From Balanoglossus misakiensis (taxonomy: Eukaryota; Animalia; Hemichordata): 64,000 bases of DNA. Positions 1 to 14,700 of this stretch are shown here, in pieces. The stretch lies in contig CM082595.2 of the NCBI GenBank assembly GCA_040954595.2, forward strand, positions 8,104,317-8,168,316, in the 5' to 3' direction. A model generated the notes under the pieces. It had not been told where the DNA came from and ran no database searches. It saw only the letters and a program-made list of their open reading frames with translations. Within the stretch, counting starts at the first letter, position 1; each line of letters begins with the position of its first letter. The translations under genes and the position numbers were made by a program.

Positions 1-108
1 TTTGACCTACTTAACCATATCTTGGCATCCAGAGCAGATATGCTTATTGCTATGTTGCTATGTGCTATGTTGGCTTGGGCCCGCTATTGCTGCTTGCAGC
101 TATATTTT

Positions 109-1808
109 TAGGGCCCAAGCGCAAGCAAGCGCTTGGGCCCTATTGGTTTCGTTGGGGTTTTTCTGTCTTTCTTTCTTCTTTCTTTCTTTCTTTATTCTTG
201 TGTCAATTCTTTGTCGCTCTAGATCTCAGAGACCACTGCAGGTACACTTCTGAAACTTGCTACAGTGGTCAAGGTCAATGAGTAGTCGTGCATTGAACCC
301 TTGAATTTTTAATTAGTCACATGACCTGGCGGCCATCTTGGATTTTCTGAAAAAATGCAAATCTCAGATCTCAGAAACTACAAGTCAGATCGACTTCAAA
401 TTTGGCGTGCAGGTAGACTACCTTCTGCCCATCATTTTTGTAATTGGAAATTATGCTGTCAATGTTGCAGTTTTTTTGCTACAATTTTTTTTCTGAAATC
501 TGGTCAAAATTTCAAAAATCTTCTTCTCCAGAACCGGTGATAACCGAGACACGGGGTTTGGTGTATGTGGTCACCTAACTGATGTCTATCAACTTTGCGA
601 AGATCATTGTGATTGGTCGAAGATTATGGCGGCCATATTGGATTTTCGAAAAACCATAGTAAAACTCAAAAAATCTTCTTCTCCAGAACGGGCGATAACT
701 GAGTCGCAAGATTCGGGGAGTTTGGTCACTTCACTGATGTCTATCAAGTTTGCAAAGAGCATTGTGATTGGTCGAAGATTATGGCGGCCATATTGGATTT
801 TGTAAAAAGCAGTGAAAAATTGAAATTCCTTTTCCTAGTCTAAAAATTGATAGCATACAAACTCTTTTATGGATATCAATCGTCATGTGACTAAAATATG
901 TTACAATTTTTTGGCGATTTTTCACATGACCTTTGACCTACTTTTCACACGTTATTATTTTTGCATATCTATTTCCAGGCTAACCTATAGGGCTAGACGT
1001 TTGGTTTTTGATGCATGTGGATTAGTGTGTGATCAAAATATTTTGCTACTTTTCATGACCCCTTTGACCTCAGCTGACCTCATTAATTATGTACATAGCT
1101 AATTACAGGCGGACCAATAGAGCTAGAGGTTTGGTTTTTGTTGGACATGGACCAGTATGGGATCAAAATTTTTTGCCCAAATGTTGGGTGACCTCTGGTG
1201 ACCTTTGACCTACTTTCGCATATCTCAGCATCCAGAGCAGATACAGCCGTGGCATTTGGTAGGATGGGACCAAAATAAACAGCCACATTTTTGGGTCACC
1301 TGTGACACCTGCTGACCTTATTAAATATGCACATACCTAATTACAGGCGAACCAATAGAGCTAGAGTTTTGGTTTTTGTTGGACATGGACCAGTATGGGA
1401 TCAAAATTTTTTGCCCAAATGTTGGGTGACCTCTGGTGACCTTTGACCTACTTTCGCATATCTCAGCATCCAGAGCAGATACAGCCGTGGCATTTGGTAG
1501 GATGGGACCAAAATAAACAGCCAAATTTTTGGGTCACCTGTGACACCTGCTGACCTTATTAAATATGCACATACCTAATTACAGGCGAACCAATAGAGCT
1601 AGAGTTTTGGTTTTTGTTGGACATGGACCAGTATGGGTAAAAAAAAATTGCCCAAATGTTAGGTGACCTCAGCAGTAATACTACACACATCCTTGTTATG
1701 TCATGCGATAATACATCCGATAGAAAATTCTGTTTCTTCTCATTCATACTGTACATATATAATTCAAGATCAGCGCTTGGGCCCGACAATGCTGCTCGCA
1801 GCTTTAAT
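109..1808 (+). mobile_element. Non-autonomous Helentron derivative, subfamily II (closest to the autonomous copy)
   Basis: Left hairpin 109-142, (TTTC)n tract, ~157-bp repeats carrying ATGGCGGCCATATTGG, three ~238-bp repeats, and right end CGCTTGGGCCCGACAATGCTGCTCGCAGCTTTAAT. Homologous to 24044-25509 and to both arms of the autonomous element. Confidence 0.85.
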
Positions 1809-3208
1809 CTTCTACTTCTTCTTCTTTTTCTTCTTCTGTCGTTTTCTTTGGCGAGGTAGATCTGGAAAACTGCTAAACCTAACAATTTCAAACTTGGCAC
1901 AATGGTGCAGGCCAATGAGAGCTAGTGCAGTACCCTTGTGAATGTTAAATTAGTCACGTGACCTGATGACCATATATGGGCAAAATTTCCAAATCGGCCT
2001 TATTTGCATATGAATGGAGATATCACAATTCTTTTAGCAACTTTTGCGGACCATGTGGTCAGTGTCCTACTTGCCAAATGTCAAGGCCATTGGCCATGCC
2101 AATTTTGAGAAGAAGATTTTTAAGTATTATTTTTCATATTTTTTTACCAAGCCATGGGCCTATACTTTCCATAGTAAAGCTATGACCACATATTACTTTG
2201 GATAAATATGCATACATATCTCAAAATCTGTTAGGCCAATCATCTCCAACTTTGGTGTGCAGCTAGACTAGCATTTGTCAATAATTTTAAGCGAAAAAAA
2301 ATAATATGAAAAATCGACGGATTTTTTTATATTAATTTTTTAAATAAATTTATACCTTTACTTATACCTCTATGTCCATGTCTTATTGTGGAATTCTGGT
2401 CTGTGCAATAGTCCTGTACAGTGACTGTCTATTGGTCAGTGAGCACAATGGCACCAAAATAAAAGGCACAATTTTAGGCTCACCTGTAACACCTGCTTAA
2501 CTCATTAATTATGTGCATACCTAATTCTGGGCTAACTAAGAGGGCTAGAGGTTTCGTTCTTGTGGGACATGGACCAGTATAGGGTCAAAATTTCTTGCCA
2601 AAATTTGGGGTGACCTCAGGTGACCTTTGACCTACTTTCCTATATCTCGGCATCCAGAGCAGGTACAGACTTGGCGTTTGGAGGGTTGGGACTAAAGTTG
2701 AAAAGCCAAAATAGGGGTCACCTGTGACACCTGCATATCTCATTAATTATGTGCATACCTAATTCCAGGCTAACCAATAGGGCTATAGGTTTGGTTTTTG
2801 TTGAACGTGGACCAGTAAAGGGTCAAAATTTATTGCCCAAATTTTGCATGACCTCAGGTGACCTTTGACCTACTTTACCATATCTTGGCATCCAGAGCAG
2901 ATACAGAATTGGCGTTTGGATGGTTGGGACTAAAATTGAAAAGCCAAATTGGGGGGTCACCTGTGACACCTGCCTACCTCATTAATTATGTGCATACCTA
3001 ATTCCAGGCTAACCAATAGGGCTATAGGTTTGGTTTTTGATGAACATGGACCAGTATAGGGTCAAAATTTCTCGCCCAAATTTTGCATGACCTCAGGTGA
3101 CCTTTGACCTACTTTTCCATATCTTGGCATCCAGAGCAGATATGCTTATTGCTATGTTGCTATTTGCTATGTTGGCTTGGGCCCGCCATTGCTGCTTGCA
3201 GCTATATT

Positions 3209-3355
3209 TAGGGCACAAGCCCAGCAGGCTTGTGCCCTATTGTTTTTACTGGAGTTTTTTAGGGCACAAGCCCCACAGGCTTGTGCCCTATTGGTATTGT
3301 TGGCTTTTTTTAGGGCCCAAGCCCAGCAGGCTTGGGCCCTATTGGTATTACTGGC
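3209..3355 (+). other. Stack of three Helentron left-end hairpins (3209, 3260, 3311)
   Basis: Three palindromes TAGGGC(A/C)CAAGC-loop-GCTTG(T/G)GCCCTA about 51 bp apart, each followed by a T-run. Confidence 0.95.
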
Positions 3356-6300
3356 TTTTTTCTTCTACTTCTTCTTCTTCTTCTTGTGTCGTTTTATCGG
3401 CCAGCTAGATCTGGAAAATGGCTGAACCCACAAATCTCAAATTTGGCACAATGGTGCAGGCCACTGACAGCTGGTGCAGTACCATTGTGAATGTTTAATT
3501 AGTCATGTGACCTGATGACCATATATGGGCAAAATTTTCAAATCGGCCTTATTAGCATATGTATGGAGATATCAAAATTCTTTTAGCAACTTTTGTGGAC
3601 CATGAGGTCAGCGTTCTACATGCCAAATGTCAAGGCCATAGGCCTTGTCAATTTTGAGAAGAAGATTTTTAAGTATTATTTTTCATATTTTTCGCCCAAG
3701 CCATCGGCCTATACTATACATAGCTTTGACTATACAAGCTTTGACCACATATTATTTTGGATGAATATGCAGTCATATCTAAAAATCGGTTGGGCCGATC
3801 AACTCCAACTTTGGTGTGCAGGTAGCCTAGCATTTGCCAATAATTTTAAGCGAAAAAAATTAATATGAAAAATCGACCGATTTTTTTATATTAATTTTTT
3901 AATGAAATTTATACTATTACTTATACCTCTATGGTTAAGCTATGTCCACGTCTTATTGTAGAATTCTGGCCTGTGCAATGGTCCTGTACACTGACTGTCT
4001 ATTGGCCCGTGTGCAGAATGGGACCAAAATAAAAGGCACAATTTTGGGCTTACCTGTAACACCTGCTTAACTCATTAATTATGTGCATACCTAATTCCGG
4101 GGAAACTAATAGGGCTAGAGGTATTGTTCTTGTGTGACATGGACTAGTATGGGGTCAGAAATTTTTGCCCAAATTTTGGGTGACCTCAGGTGACCTTTGA
4201 CCTACTTTCCTATATCTCGGCATCCAGAGCAGGTACAGACTTGCAGTTTCGAGGGTTGGGACTGAAATTGAAAAGCCAAAATTGGGGTCACCTGTGACAC
4301 CTGCCTACCTCATTAATTATGTGCATACCTAATTCCGGGCTAACTAATAGGGCTAGAGGTTTTGTTCTTGTGAGACATGGACCAGTATAGGGTCAACAAA
4401 TTTTGCCCAAATTTTGGGTGACCTCAGGTGACCTTTGACCTACTTTCCTATATCTCGGCATTCAGATCAGGTACAGACTTTGCATTCAGAGGGATGGAAC
4501 TCCCAATGGAGTCTTACACTTTACCTCATTAATTATGTGCATACCTAATTCCAGGCTAACCAATAGGGTTATAGGTTTGGTTTTTGTTGAACATGGACCA
4601 GTATAGGGTCAAAATTTCTTGCCCAAATTTTGTATAACCTCAGATGACCTTTGACCTACTTTACCAGATCTTGGCATCCAGCGCAGGTACAGACTTGGCG
4701 TTTGGAGGGTTGGGACTAAAATTGAAAAGGCTAAATCGGGGGTCAACTGTGACACCTGCATATCTCATTAATTATGTGCATACCCAATTCCAGGCTAATC
4801 CATAGGGTTATAGGTTTGGTTTTTGTTGAACATGGACCAGTATAGGGTCAAAATTTCTTGCCCAAATTTTGCATGAACTCAGGTGACCTTTGACCTACTT
4901 TACCATATCTTGGCATCCAGAGCAGGTATGCTAATTGCTATATTGCTATGTGCTATGTTGGCTTGGGCCCGCTATTGCTGCTTGCAGCTATATTCTTCTA
5001 CTTCTTCTTGGGCACTTTTTTCGGCCAGGTAGATCTGAAAAACTGCTGAACCCACAAATCTCAAATTTGGTACAATGGTGCAGGCCAATGAGAGCTGGTG
5101 CAGTACCCTCGTGAATGTTCAATAAGTCATGTGACCTGATGACCATATATGGGCAAAATTTTCAAATCGGCCTTATTTGCATATGGACGGAGATATCAAA
5201 ATTCTTTTAGCAACTTTTGTGAACCATGTGGTCAGGGTTCTACATGCCAAATGTCAAGGCCATAGGCCTTGTCAATTTTGAGAAGAAGATTTTTAAGTAT
5301 TATTTTTCATATTTTTCGGCCAAGCCATCGGCCTACACTATACATAGTTAAGCTTTGACCACATTTTATTTTGGATGAATATGCAGTCATATCTCAAAAT
5401 ATGTTGGGCCGATCAACTCCAAGTTTGGTGTGCAGGTAGCTTAGCATTTGCCAATAATTTTAAGCGAAAAAAATTAATATGAAAAATCGACCGATTTTTT
5501 TATATTAATTTTTTTATGAAATTTATACCTTTACTTATACCTCTATGGTTAAGCTATGTCCACGTCTTATTGTAGAATTCTGGTCTGTGCAATGGTCCTG
5601 TACACTGACTGTCTATTGGCCCGTGCGCAGAATGGGACCAAAATAAAAGGCAAAATTTTGGGCTCACCTGTAACACCTGCTTAACTCATTAATTATGCGC
5701 ATACCTCATTCCGGGCTAACTAATAGGGCTAGAGGTATTGTTCTTGTGTGACAAGGACTAGTATGGGGTCAAAAATGTTTACCAAATTTTGGGTGACCTC
5801 AGGTGACCTTTGACCTACTTTCCTATATCTCGGCATCCAGAGCAGGTACAGACTTGGCGTTTGGAGGGTTGGGACTAAAATTGAAAAGCCAAAATGGGGG
5901 TCACCTGTGACACCTGTCTACCTCATTAATTATGTGCATACCTAATTCCAGGCTAACCAATAGGGCTAAAGGTTTGGTTTTTGTTGAACATGCACCAGTA
6001 TAGGGTCAAAATTTCTTGCCCAAATTTCGCATGACCTCAGGTGACCTTTGACCTACTTTACCATATCTTGGCATCCAGAGCAGGTACAGACTTGTCGTTT
6101 GGAGGGTTGGGATTAAAATTGAAAAGCCAAATTGGCGCTCACCTGTGACACCTGCATATCTCATTAATTATGTGCATACCTAATTCCAGTCTAACCAATA
6201 GAGCTATAGGTTTGGTTTTTGTTGAACATGGACCAGTATAGGGTCAAAATTTCTTGCCCAAATTTTGCATGACCTCAGGTGACCTTTGACCTACTATCAT

Positions 6301-6374
6301 ATATCTCGGAATCCAGAGCAAGTACACTCTTGGCGTTTGGAGGGTTGGGACTGAAAGTGAAATGCCAAAATTGG

Positions 6375-8733
6375 GGGTCACCTGTGACACCTGTCTACCT
6401 CATTAATTATGTGCATACCTAATTCCAGGCTAACCAATAGGGCTAAAGGTTTGGTTTTTGTTGAACATGGACCAGTATAGGGTAAACATTTCTTTCCCAA
6501 ATTTAACATGACCTCAGGTGACCTTTGACCTACTTTACCATATCTTGGCATCCAGAGCAGATATGCCTGTTCCTATGTTGCTATGTGCTATGTTGGCTTG
6601 TGCCCGCTATTGCTGCTTGGCAGCTATATTCTTCTTCTTCTTCTTCTTCTTGTGCCGTTTTTTTCGTCAAGTACATCTTGAAAACGGCTGAACCTACAAA
6701 TCTCAAACTTGGCACAATGGTGCAGGCCAATGAGAGCATGAGCTGTACCCTTGTGAATGTTTAATAAGTCATGTGACCTGACGACCATATATGGGCAAAA
6801 TTTTCAAATCGGCCTTATTTGTATATGAATGGAGATATCAAAATTCTTTTAGCAACTTTTGCGGACCATGTGGTCATTGTCCTACATGCCAAATGTCAAG
6901 GCCATGGGCCAAGTCCATTTTGAGAAGAAGATTTTTAAGTATTATTTTTCATATTTTTTCACCAAGCCATTGGCCTATACTTTCTATAGCTAAGCTATAA
7001 CCACTTATTATTTTAGATAAAAATACCAACATATCTCAAAATCTGTTGGGCCGATCAACTCCAAATTTGTTGTGCAGCTAGCCTAGCATTTGTCAATCAT
7101 TTTAAGCGAAAAAATTAATTTGAAAAATCGACCGATTTTTTTATATTAATTTTTTTATTAAATTTATACCTTTAGGCTACTTATACCTCTATAGTTAAGC
7201 TATGTCCACATTTTATTATGGAATTCTTGTCTTTGGAATGGTCCTGTACAGTGACTGTCTATTGGCCAGTGGGCAGAATAGGACCATAATAAAAGGCAAA
7301 ATTTTGGGCTCACCTGTAACACCTGCTTACCTCATTTATTATGTGCATACCTAATTCCGAGTTAACTAATAGGGCTAGAGGTTTCGTTCTTTCGGAACAT
7401 TGACCAGTATAGGGTCAAAAAATTTTGCCCAAATTTTGGGTGACCTCAGGTGACCTTTGACCTACTTTCCTAAATCTCAGCATCCAGAGCAAGTAGAGAC
7501 TTGGCGTTTGGAGGGTTGGTACTAAAATTGAAAAGCCAAAATTGGGGTCACCTGTGACACCTGTCTACCTCATTAATTATGTGCATACCTAATTCCAGGC
7601 TAACCAATAGGGCTAAAGGTTTGGTTTTTGTTGAACATGGACCAGTATAGGGTAAACATTTCTTTCCCAAATTTAACATGACCTCAGGTGACCTTTGACC
7701 TACTTTACCATATCTTGGCATCCAGAGCAGATATGCCTGTTCCTATGTTGCTATGTGCTATGTTGGCTTGTGCCCGCTATTGCTGCTTGGCAGCTATATT
7801 CTTCTTCTTCTTCTTCTTCTTGTGCCGTTTTTTTCGTCAAGTACATCTTGAAAACGGCTGAACCTACAAATCTCAAACTTGGCACAATGGTGCAGGCCAA
7901 TGAGAGCATGAGCTGTACCCTTGTGAATGTTTAATAAGTCATGTGACCTGACGACCATATATGGGCAAAATTTTCAAATCGGCCTTATTTGTATATGAAT
8001 GGAGATATCAAAATTCTTTTAGCAACTTTTGCGGACCATGTGGTCATTGTCCTACATGCCAAATGTCAAGGCCATGGGCCAAGTCCATTTTGAGAAGAAG
8101 ATTTTTAAGTATTATTTTTCATATTTTTTCACCAAGCCATTGGCCTATACTTTCTATAGCTAAGCTATAACCACTTATTATTTTAGATAAAAATACCAAC
8201 ATATCTCAAAATCTGTTGGGCCGATCAACTCCAAATTTGTTGTGCAGCTAGCCTAGCATTTGTCAATCATTTTAAGCGAAAAAATTAATTTGAAAAATCG
8301 ACCGATTTTTTTATATTAATTTTTTTATTAAATTTATACCTTTAGGCTACTTATACCTCTATAGTTAAGCTATGTCCACATTTTATTATGGAATTCTTGT
8401 CTTTGGAATGGTCCTGTACAGTGACTGTCTATTGGCCAGTGGGCAGAATAGGACCATAATAAAAGGCAAAATTTTGGGCTCACCTGTAACACCTGCTTAC
8501 CTCATTTATTATGTGCATACCTAATTCCGAGTTAACTAATAGGGCTAGAGGTTTCGTTCTTTCGGAACATTGACCAGTATAGGGTCAAAAAATTTTGCCC
8601 AAATTTTGGGTGACCTCAGGTGACCTTTGACCTACTTTCCTAAATCTCAGCATCCAGAGCAAGTAGAGACTTGGCGTTTGGAGGGTTGGTACTAAAATTG
8701 AAAAGCCAAAATTGGGGTCACCTGTGACACCTG
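6375..8733 (+). repeat. Recent 1170-bp tandem duplication spanning a unit junction
   Basis: 6375-7563 is repeated apparently identically at +1170. ORFs 6525/7695 and 6791/7961 give identical translations. Breakpoints lie within the 238-bp repeat. Confidence 0.92.
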
Positions 8734-11700
8734 CATATCTCATTAATTATGTGCATACCTAATTCCAGGCTAACCAATAGGGCTATAGGTTTGGTTTTTG
8801 ATGAACATGGACCAGTATAGGGTCAAAATTTCTCGCCCAAATTTTGCATGACCTCAGGTGACCTTTGACCTACTTTACCATATGTTGGCATCCAGAGCAG
8901 GTAAAGACTTAGCGTTTGGAGGATGGGGACTAAAATTGAAAAGCCAAAATTGGGGGTCACCTAAGACACCTGCTGATCTCATTAATTATGTGAATACCTA
9001 ATTCCGGGCTAACCAATAGGGCTAGAGCTTTGATTTTTGTTGAACATTGAGCCGCATGGGATCAAATTTCTTGCCCAAATTGTAGGTGACCTATGGTGAC
9101 CTTTGACCTAGTCTCCTATATCTCGGCATCCTAAGCAGGTACAGACTTGGCGTTTGGAGGGTTAGGACTAAAATTGAAAAGCCAAAATTGGGGGTCACCT
9201 GTGACACCTGCATATCTCATTAATTATGCACGTACCTAATTCCAGGCTAACCAATAGGGCTATAGGTTTGGTTTTTGTTGAACATGGGCCAGTATAGGGT
9301 CAAAAATTCTTGCCCAAATTTTGCATGACCTCAGGTGACCTTTGACCTACTTTACCATATCTTGGCATTAAGAGCAGGTACAAACTTGGCGTTTGGAGTG
9401 TTAGGACTAAAATTGAAAAGCCAAAATTGGGGGTCACCTGTGACACCTGCATATCTCATTAATTACGTGCATACCTAATTGCAAGCTAACCAATAGGGCA
9501 ATAGGTTTGGTTTTTGTTGAACATGGACCAGTATAGGGTCAAAATTTCTTGCCCAAATATAACATGACCTCAGTTGACTTTTGACCTACTTTACCGTATC
9601 TTGGCATCCAGAGCAGATATGCTTATTGCTATGTTGCTATGTGCTATGTTGGCTTGGGCCCGCTATTGCTGCTTGCAGCTATATTTAGGGCCCAAGCCCA
9701 GCAGGCTTGGGCCCTATTGGTATTACTGGCTTTTTTCTTCTACTTCTTCTTCTTTTTCTTCTTCTTCTGTCGTTTTCTTTGGCGAGGTAGATCTGGAAAA
9801 CTGCTAAACCTACCAATTTCAAACTTGGCACAATGGTGCAGGCCAATGAGAGCTAGTGCAGTACCCTTGTGAATGTTAAATTAGTCACGTGACCTGATGA
9901 CCATATATGGGCAAAATTTCCAAATCGGCCTTATTTGCATATGAATGGAGATATCAAAATTCTTTTAGCAACTTTTGCGGACCATGTGGTCAGTGTCCTA
10001 CATGCCAAATGTCAAGGCCATTGGCCATTCCAATTTTGAGAAGAAGATTTTTAAGTATTATTTTTCATATTTTTTACCAAGCCATGGGCCTATACTTTCC
10101 ATAGTAAAGCCATGACCACATATTATTTTGGATAAATATGCATACATATCTCAAAATCTGTTAGGCCGATCATCTCCAACTTTGGTGTGCAGCTAGCCTA
10201 GCATTTGTCAATAATTTTAAGCGAAAAAAAATAGTATGAAAAATCGACCGATTTTTTTATATTAATTTTTTTATTAAATAATACCTTTACTTATACCTCT
10301 ATGGTTAAGCTATGTCCATGTCTTATTGTGGAATTCTGGTCTGTGCAATAGTCCTGTACAGTGACTGTCTATTGGTCGGTGAGCACAATGACACCAAAAT
10401 AAAAGGCACAATTTTAGGCTCACCTGTAACACCGGCTTAACTCATTAATTATGTGCATACCTAATTCTGGGCTAACTAAGAGGGCTAGAGGTTTCGTTCT
10501 TGTGGGACATGGACCAGTATAGGGTCAAAATTTCTTGCCCAAATTTTGGGTTACCTCAGGTGACCTTTGACCTACTTTCCTATATCTTGGCATCCAGAGC
10601 AGGTACAGACTTGGCGTATGGAGGGTTGGGACTAAAATTGAAAAGCCAAAATGTGGGTCACCTGTGACACCTGCATATCTCATTAATTATGTGCATACCT
10701 AATTCCAGGCTAACCAATAGGGCTATAGGTTTGGTTTTTGTTGAACATGGACCAGTATAGGGTCAAAATTTCTTGCCCAAATTTTGTATGACCTCAGGTG
10801 ACCTTTGACCTACTTTACCATATCTTGGCATCCAGAGTAGGTACAGAATTGGCGTTTGGAGGGTTGGGACTAAAATTGAAAAGGCAACACTGGGGGTCAC
10901 CTGTGACACCTGCCTACCTCATTAATTATGTGCATACCTAATTCCAGGGTAACCGATAGGGTTATAGGTTTGTTTTTTGTTGAACATGGACCAGTATAGG
11001 GTCAAAATTTCTTGCCCAAATTTTGCATGACCTCAGGTGACCTTTGACCTACTTAACCATATCTTGGCATCCAGAGTAGGTACAGAATTGGCGTTTGGAG
11101 GGTTGGGACTAAAATTGAAAAGGCAACACTGGGGGTCACCTGTGACACCTGCCTACCTCATTAATTATGTACATACCTAATTTCAGGCTAACCAATAGGG
11201 CTATAGGTTTGGTTTTTGTTGAACATGGACCAGTATAGGGTCAAAATTTCTTGCCCAAATTTTGCATGACCTCAGGTGACCTTTGACCTACTTAACCATA
11301 TCTTGGCATCCAGAGTAGGTACAGAATTGGCGTTTGGAGGGTTGGGACTAAAATTGAAAAGGCAACACTGGGGGTCACCTGTGACACCTGCCTACCTCAT
11401 TAATTATGTACATACCTAATTTCAGGCTAACCAATAGGGCTATAGGTTTGGTTTTTGTTGAACATGGACCAGTATAGGGTCAAAATTTCTTGCCCAAATT
11501 TTGCATGACCTCAGGTGACCTTTGACCTACTTAACCATATCTTGGCATCCAGAGTAGGTACAGAATTGGCGTTTGGAGGGTTGGGACTAAAATTGAAAAG
11601 GCAACACTGGGGGTCACCTGTGACACCTGCCTACCTCATTAATTATGTACATACCTAATTTCAGGCTAACCAATAGGGCTATAGGTTTGGTTTTTGTTGA

Positions 11701-14700
11701 ACATGCACCAGTATAGGGTCAAAATTTCTTGCCCAAATTTTGCATGACCTCAGGTGACCTTTGACCTACTTAACCATATCTTGGCATCCAGAGCAGATAT
11801 GCTTATTGCTATGTTGCTATGTGCTATGTTGGCTTGGGCCCGCTATTGCTGCTTGCAGCTATATTTCTTCTTCTTCTTCTTGTGCCGTTTTTTTCGTCAA
11901 GTACATCTTGAAAACGGCTGAACCTACAAATCTCAAACTTGGCACAATGGTGCAGGCCAATAAGAGCATGAGCTGTACCCTTGTGAATGTTTAATAAGTC
12001 ATGTGACCTGATGACCATATTTGGGCAAAATTTTCAAATCGGCCTTATTTGCATATGCATGGAGATATCAAAATTCTTTTAGCAACTTTTGCTGACCATG
12101 GGGTCATTGTCCTACATGCCAAATTTCAAGGCCATAGGCCATGTCAATTTTGAGAAGAAGATTTTTAAGTATTATTTTTCATATTTTTCGCCCAAGCCAT
12201 GGGCCTATACGTTACATAGTAAAGCTATGACCACATATTATTTTGGATAAATATGCATACATATCTCAAAATCATCTCAAACTTTGGTGTGCAGCTAGCC
12301 TAGCATTTGTCAATAATTTTAAGCAAAAAAAAATAGTATGAAAAATCGCCCGATTTTTTTATATTAATTTTTTATGAAATTTATACCTTTAATTATACCT
12401 CTATGGTTAAGCTATGTCCATGTCTTATTGTGGAATTCTGGTCTGTGCAATAGTCCTGTACAGTGACTGTCTTGTGGTCAGTGAGCACAATGGCAACAAA
12501 ATAGAAGGCACAATTTTAGGCTCACCTGTAACACCTGCTTAACTCATTTATTATGTGCATACCTAATTCTGGGCTAACTAAGAGGGCTAGAGGTTTCGTT
12601 CTTGTGGGACATGGACCAGTATAGGGTCAAAATTTCTTGGCCTACTTTTGGGTGACCTCAGGTGACCTTTGACCTACTTTCCTATATCTCGGCATCCAGA
12701 GCAGGTACAGACTTGGCATTTGGAGGGTTGGGACTAAAGTTGAAAAGCCAAAATGGGGGTCACCTGTGACACCTGCATATGACATTAATTATGTGCATAC
12801 CTAATTCCAGGTTAACCAATAGGGCTATAGGTTTGGTTTTTCTTCAACATGGACCAGTATAGGGTCAAAATTTCCTGCCCAAATTTTGCATGACCTCAGG
12901 TGACCTTTGACCTACTTTACAAGATCATGGCATTCAGAGCAGATACAGACGTGGCGTTTGGAGGGTTGGGACTAAAATTGAAAAGCCAAACTTGGCTGTC
13001 ACCTGTGACACCTGCCTACCTCATTAATTATGTGCATACCTAATTCCAGGCTAACCAATAGGGCTATAGGTTTGGTTTTTCTTGAACATGGACCAGTATA
13101 GGGTCAAAATTTCCTGCCCAAATTTTGCATGACCTCAGGTGACCTTTGACCTACTTTACAAGATCATGGCATTCAGAGCAGATACAGACGTGGCGTTTGG
13201 AGGGTTGGGACTAAAATTGAAAAGCCAAACTTGGCGGTCACCTGTGACACCTGCCTACCTCATTAATTATGTGCATACCTAATTCCAGGCTAACCAATAG
13301 GGCTATAGCTTTGTTTTTTGATGAACATGGACCAGTATAGGGCCAAATTTTCTTGCCCAAATTTTGGGTGACCTCAGGTGACCTTTGACCTACTTTCCTA
13401 TATCTAAGCATCCAGAGCAGGTACAGACTTGGCGTATGGAGGGTTGGGACTAAAATTGAAAAGCCAAAATGGGGGTCACCTGTGACACCTGCATATCTCA
13501 TTAATTATGTGCATACCTAATTCCAGGCTAACCAATAGGGCTATAGGTTTGGTTTTTGTTGAACATTCACCAGTATAGGGTCAAAATTTCTTGCCCAAAT
13601 TTTGCATGACCTCAGGTGACCTTTGACCTACTTTTCCATATCTTTCCAGATATGCTTATTGCTATGTTGCTATGTGCTATTTGCTATGATGGCTTGGGCC
13701 CGCTATTGCTGCTTGCAGCTATATTTAGGGCCCAAGCCCAGCAGGCTTGGGCCCTATTGTTTTTACTGGAGTTTTTCTTCTTCTTCTTCTTCTTCTTGTG
13801 CCGTTTTTTTCGTCAAGTAGATCTTGAAAACCGCTGAACCTACAAATCTCAAAGTTGGCACAGTGGTGCAGGCCTCTGAGAACATGAGCTGTACCCTTGT
13901 GAATGTTTAATAAGTCACGTGACCTGATGACCATATATGGGCAAAATTTTCAAATTGGCCTAATTTGCATATGAATTGCCATATCAAAATTCTGTTAACA
14001 TACTTTGTGGACCATATGGCCAGGGTTCTACATGCCAAATGTCAAGGCCATAGGCCATGTCAATTTTGAGAAGAAGATTTTTAAGTATTATTTTTCATAT
14101 TTTTTCGCCCAAGCCATGTGCCTATACTTTACATAGTTAAGCTATGACCACATATTATTTTGGATAAATATGCATACATATCTTAAAATCTGTTAGGCCG
14201 ATCATCTCCAACTTTGGTGTGCAGCTAGCCTAGCATGTGTCAATAATTTTAAGCAAAAAAAAATAATATGAAAAATCGACCGATTTTTTTATATTAATTT
14301 TTTTATTAAATTTATACCTTTACTTATACCTCTATGGTTAAGCTATGTCCATGTCTTATTGTGGAATTCTGGTCTGTGCAATAGTCCTGTACAGTGACTG
14401 TCTATTGGTCAGTGAGCACAATGGCACCAAAATAAAAGGCAAAATTTTAGGCTCACCTGTAACACCTGCTTAACTCATTAATTATGTGCATACCTAATTC
14501 TGGGCTAACTAAGAGGGCTAGAGGTTTCGTTCTTGTGGGACATGGACCAGTACAGGGTCAAAATTTCTTGCCCAAATTTTGGGTGACCTCAGGTGACCTT
14601 TGACCTACTTTCCTATATCTCGGCATCCAGAGCAGGTACAGACTTGGCATTTGGAGGGTTGGGACTAAAATGGAAAAGCCAAAATGGGGGTCACCTGTGA

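Noticed and set aside
3209-3355. CRISPR array (palindromic repeats at ~50-bp period; also 23890-24095)
   Set aside because: Eukaryotic context and no cas genes. The 'spacers' are related to one another and recur elsewhere. Better explained as Helentron termini.
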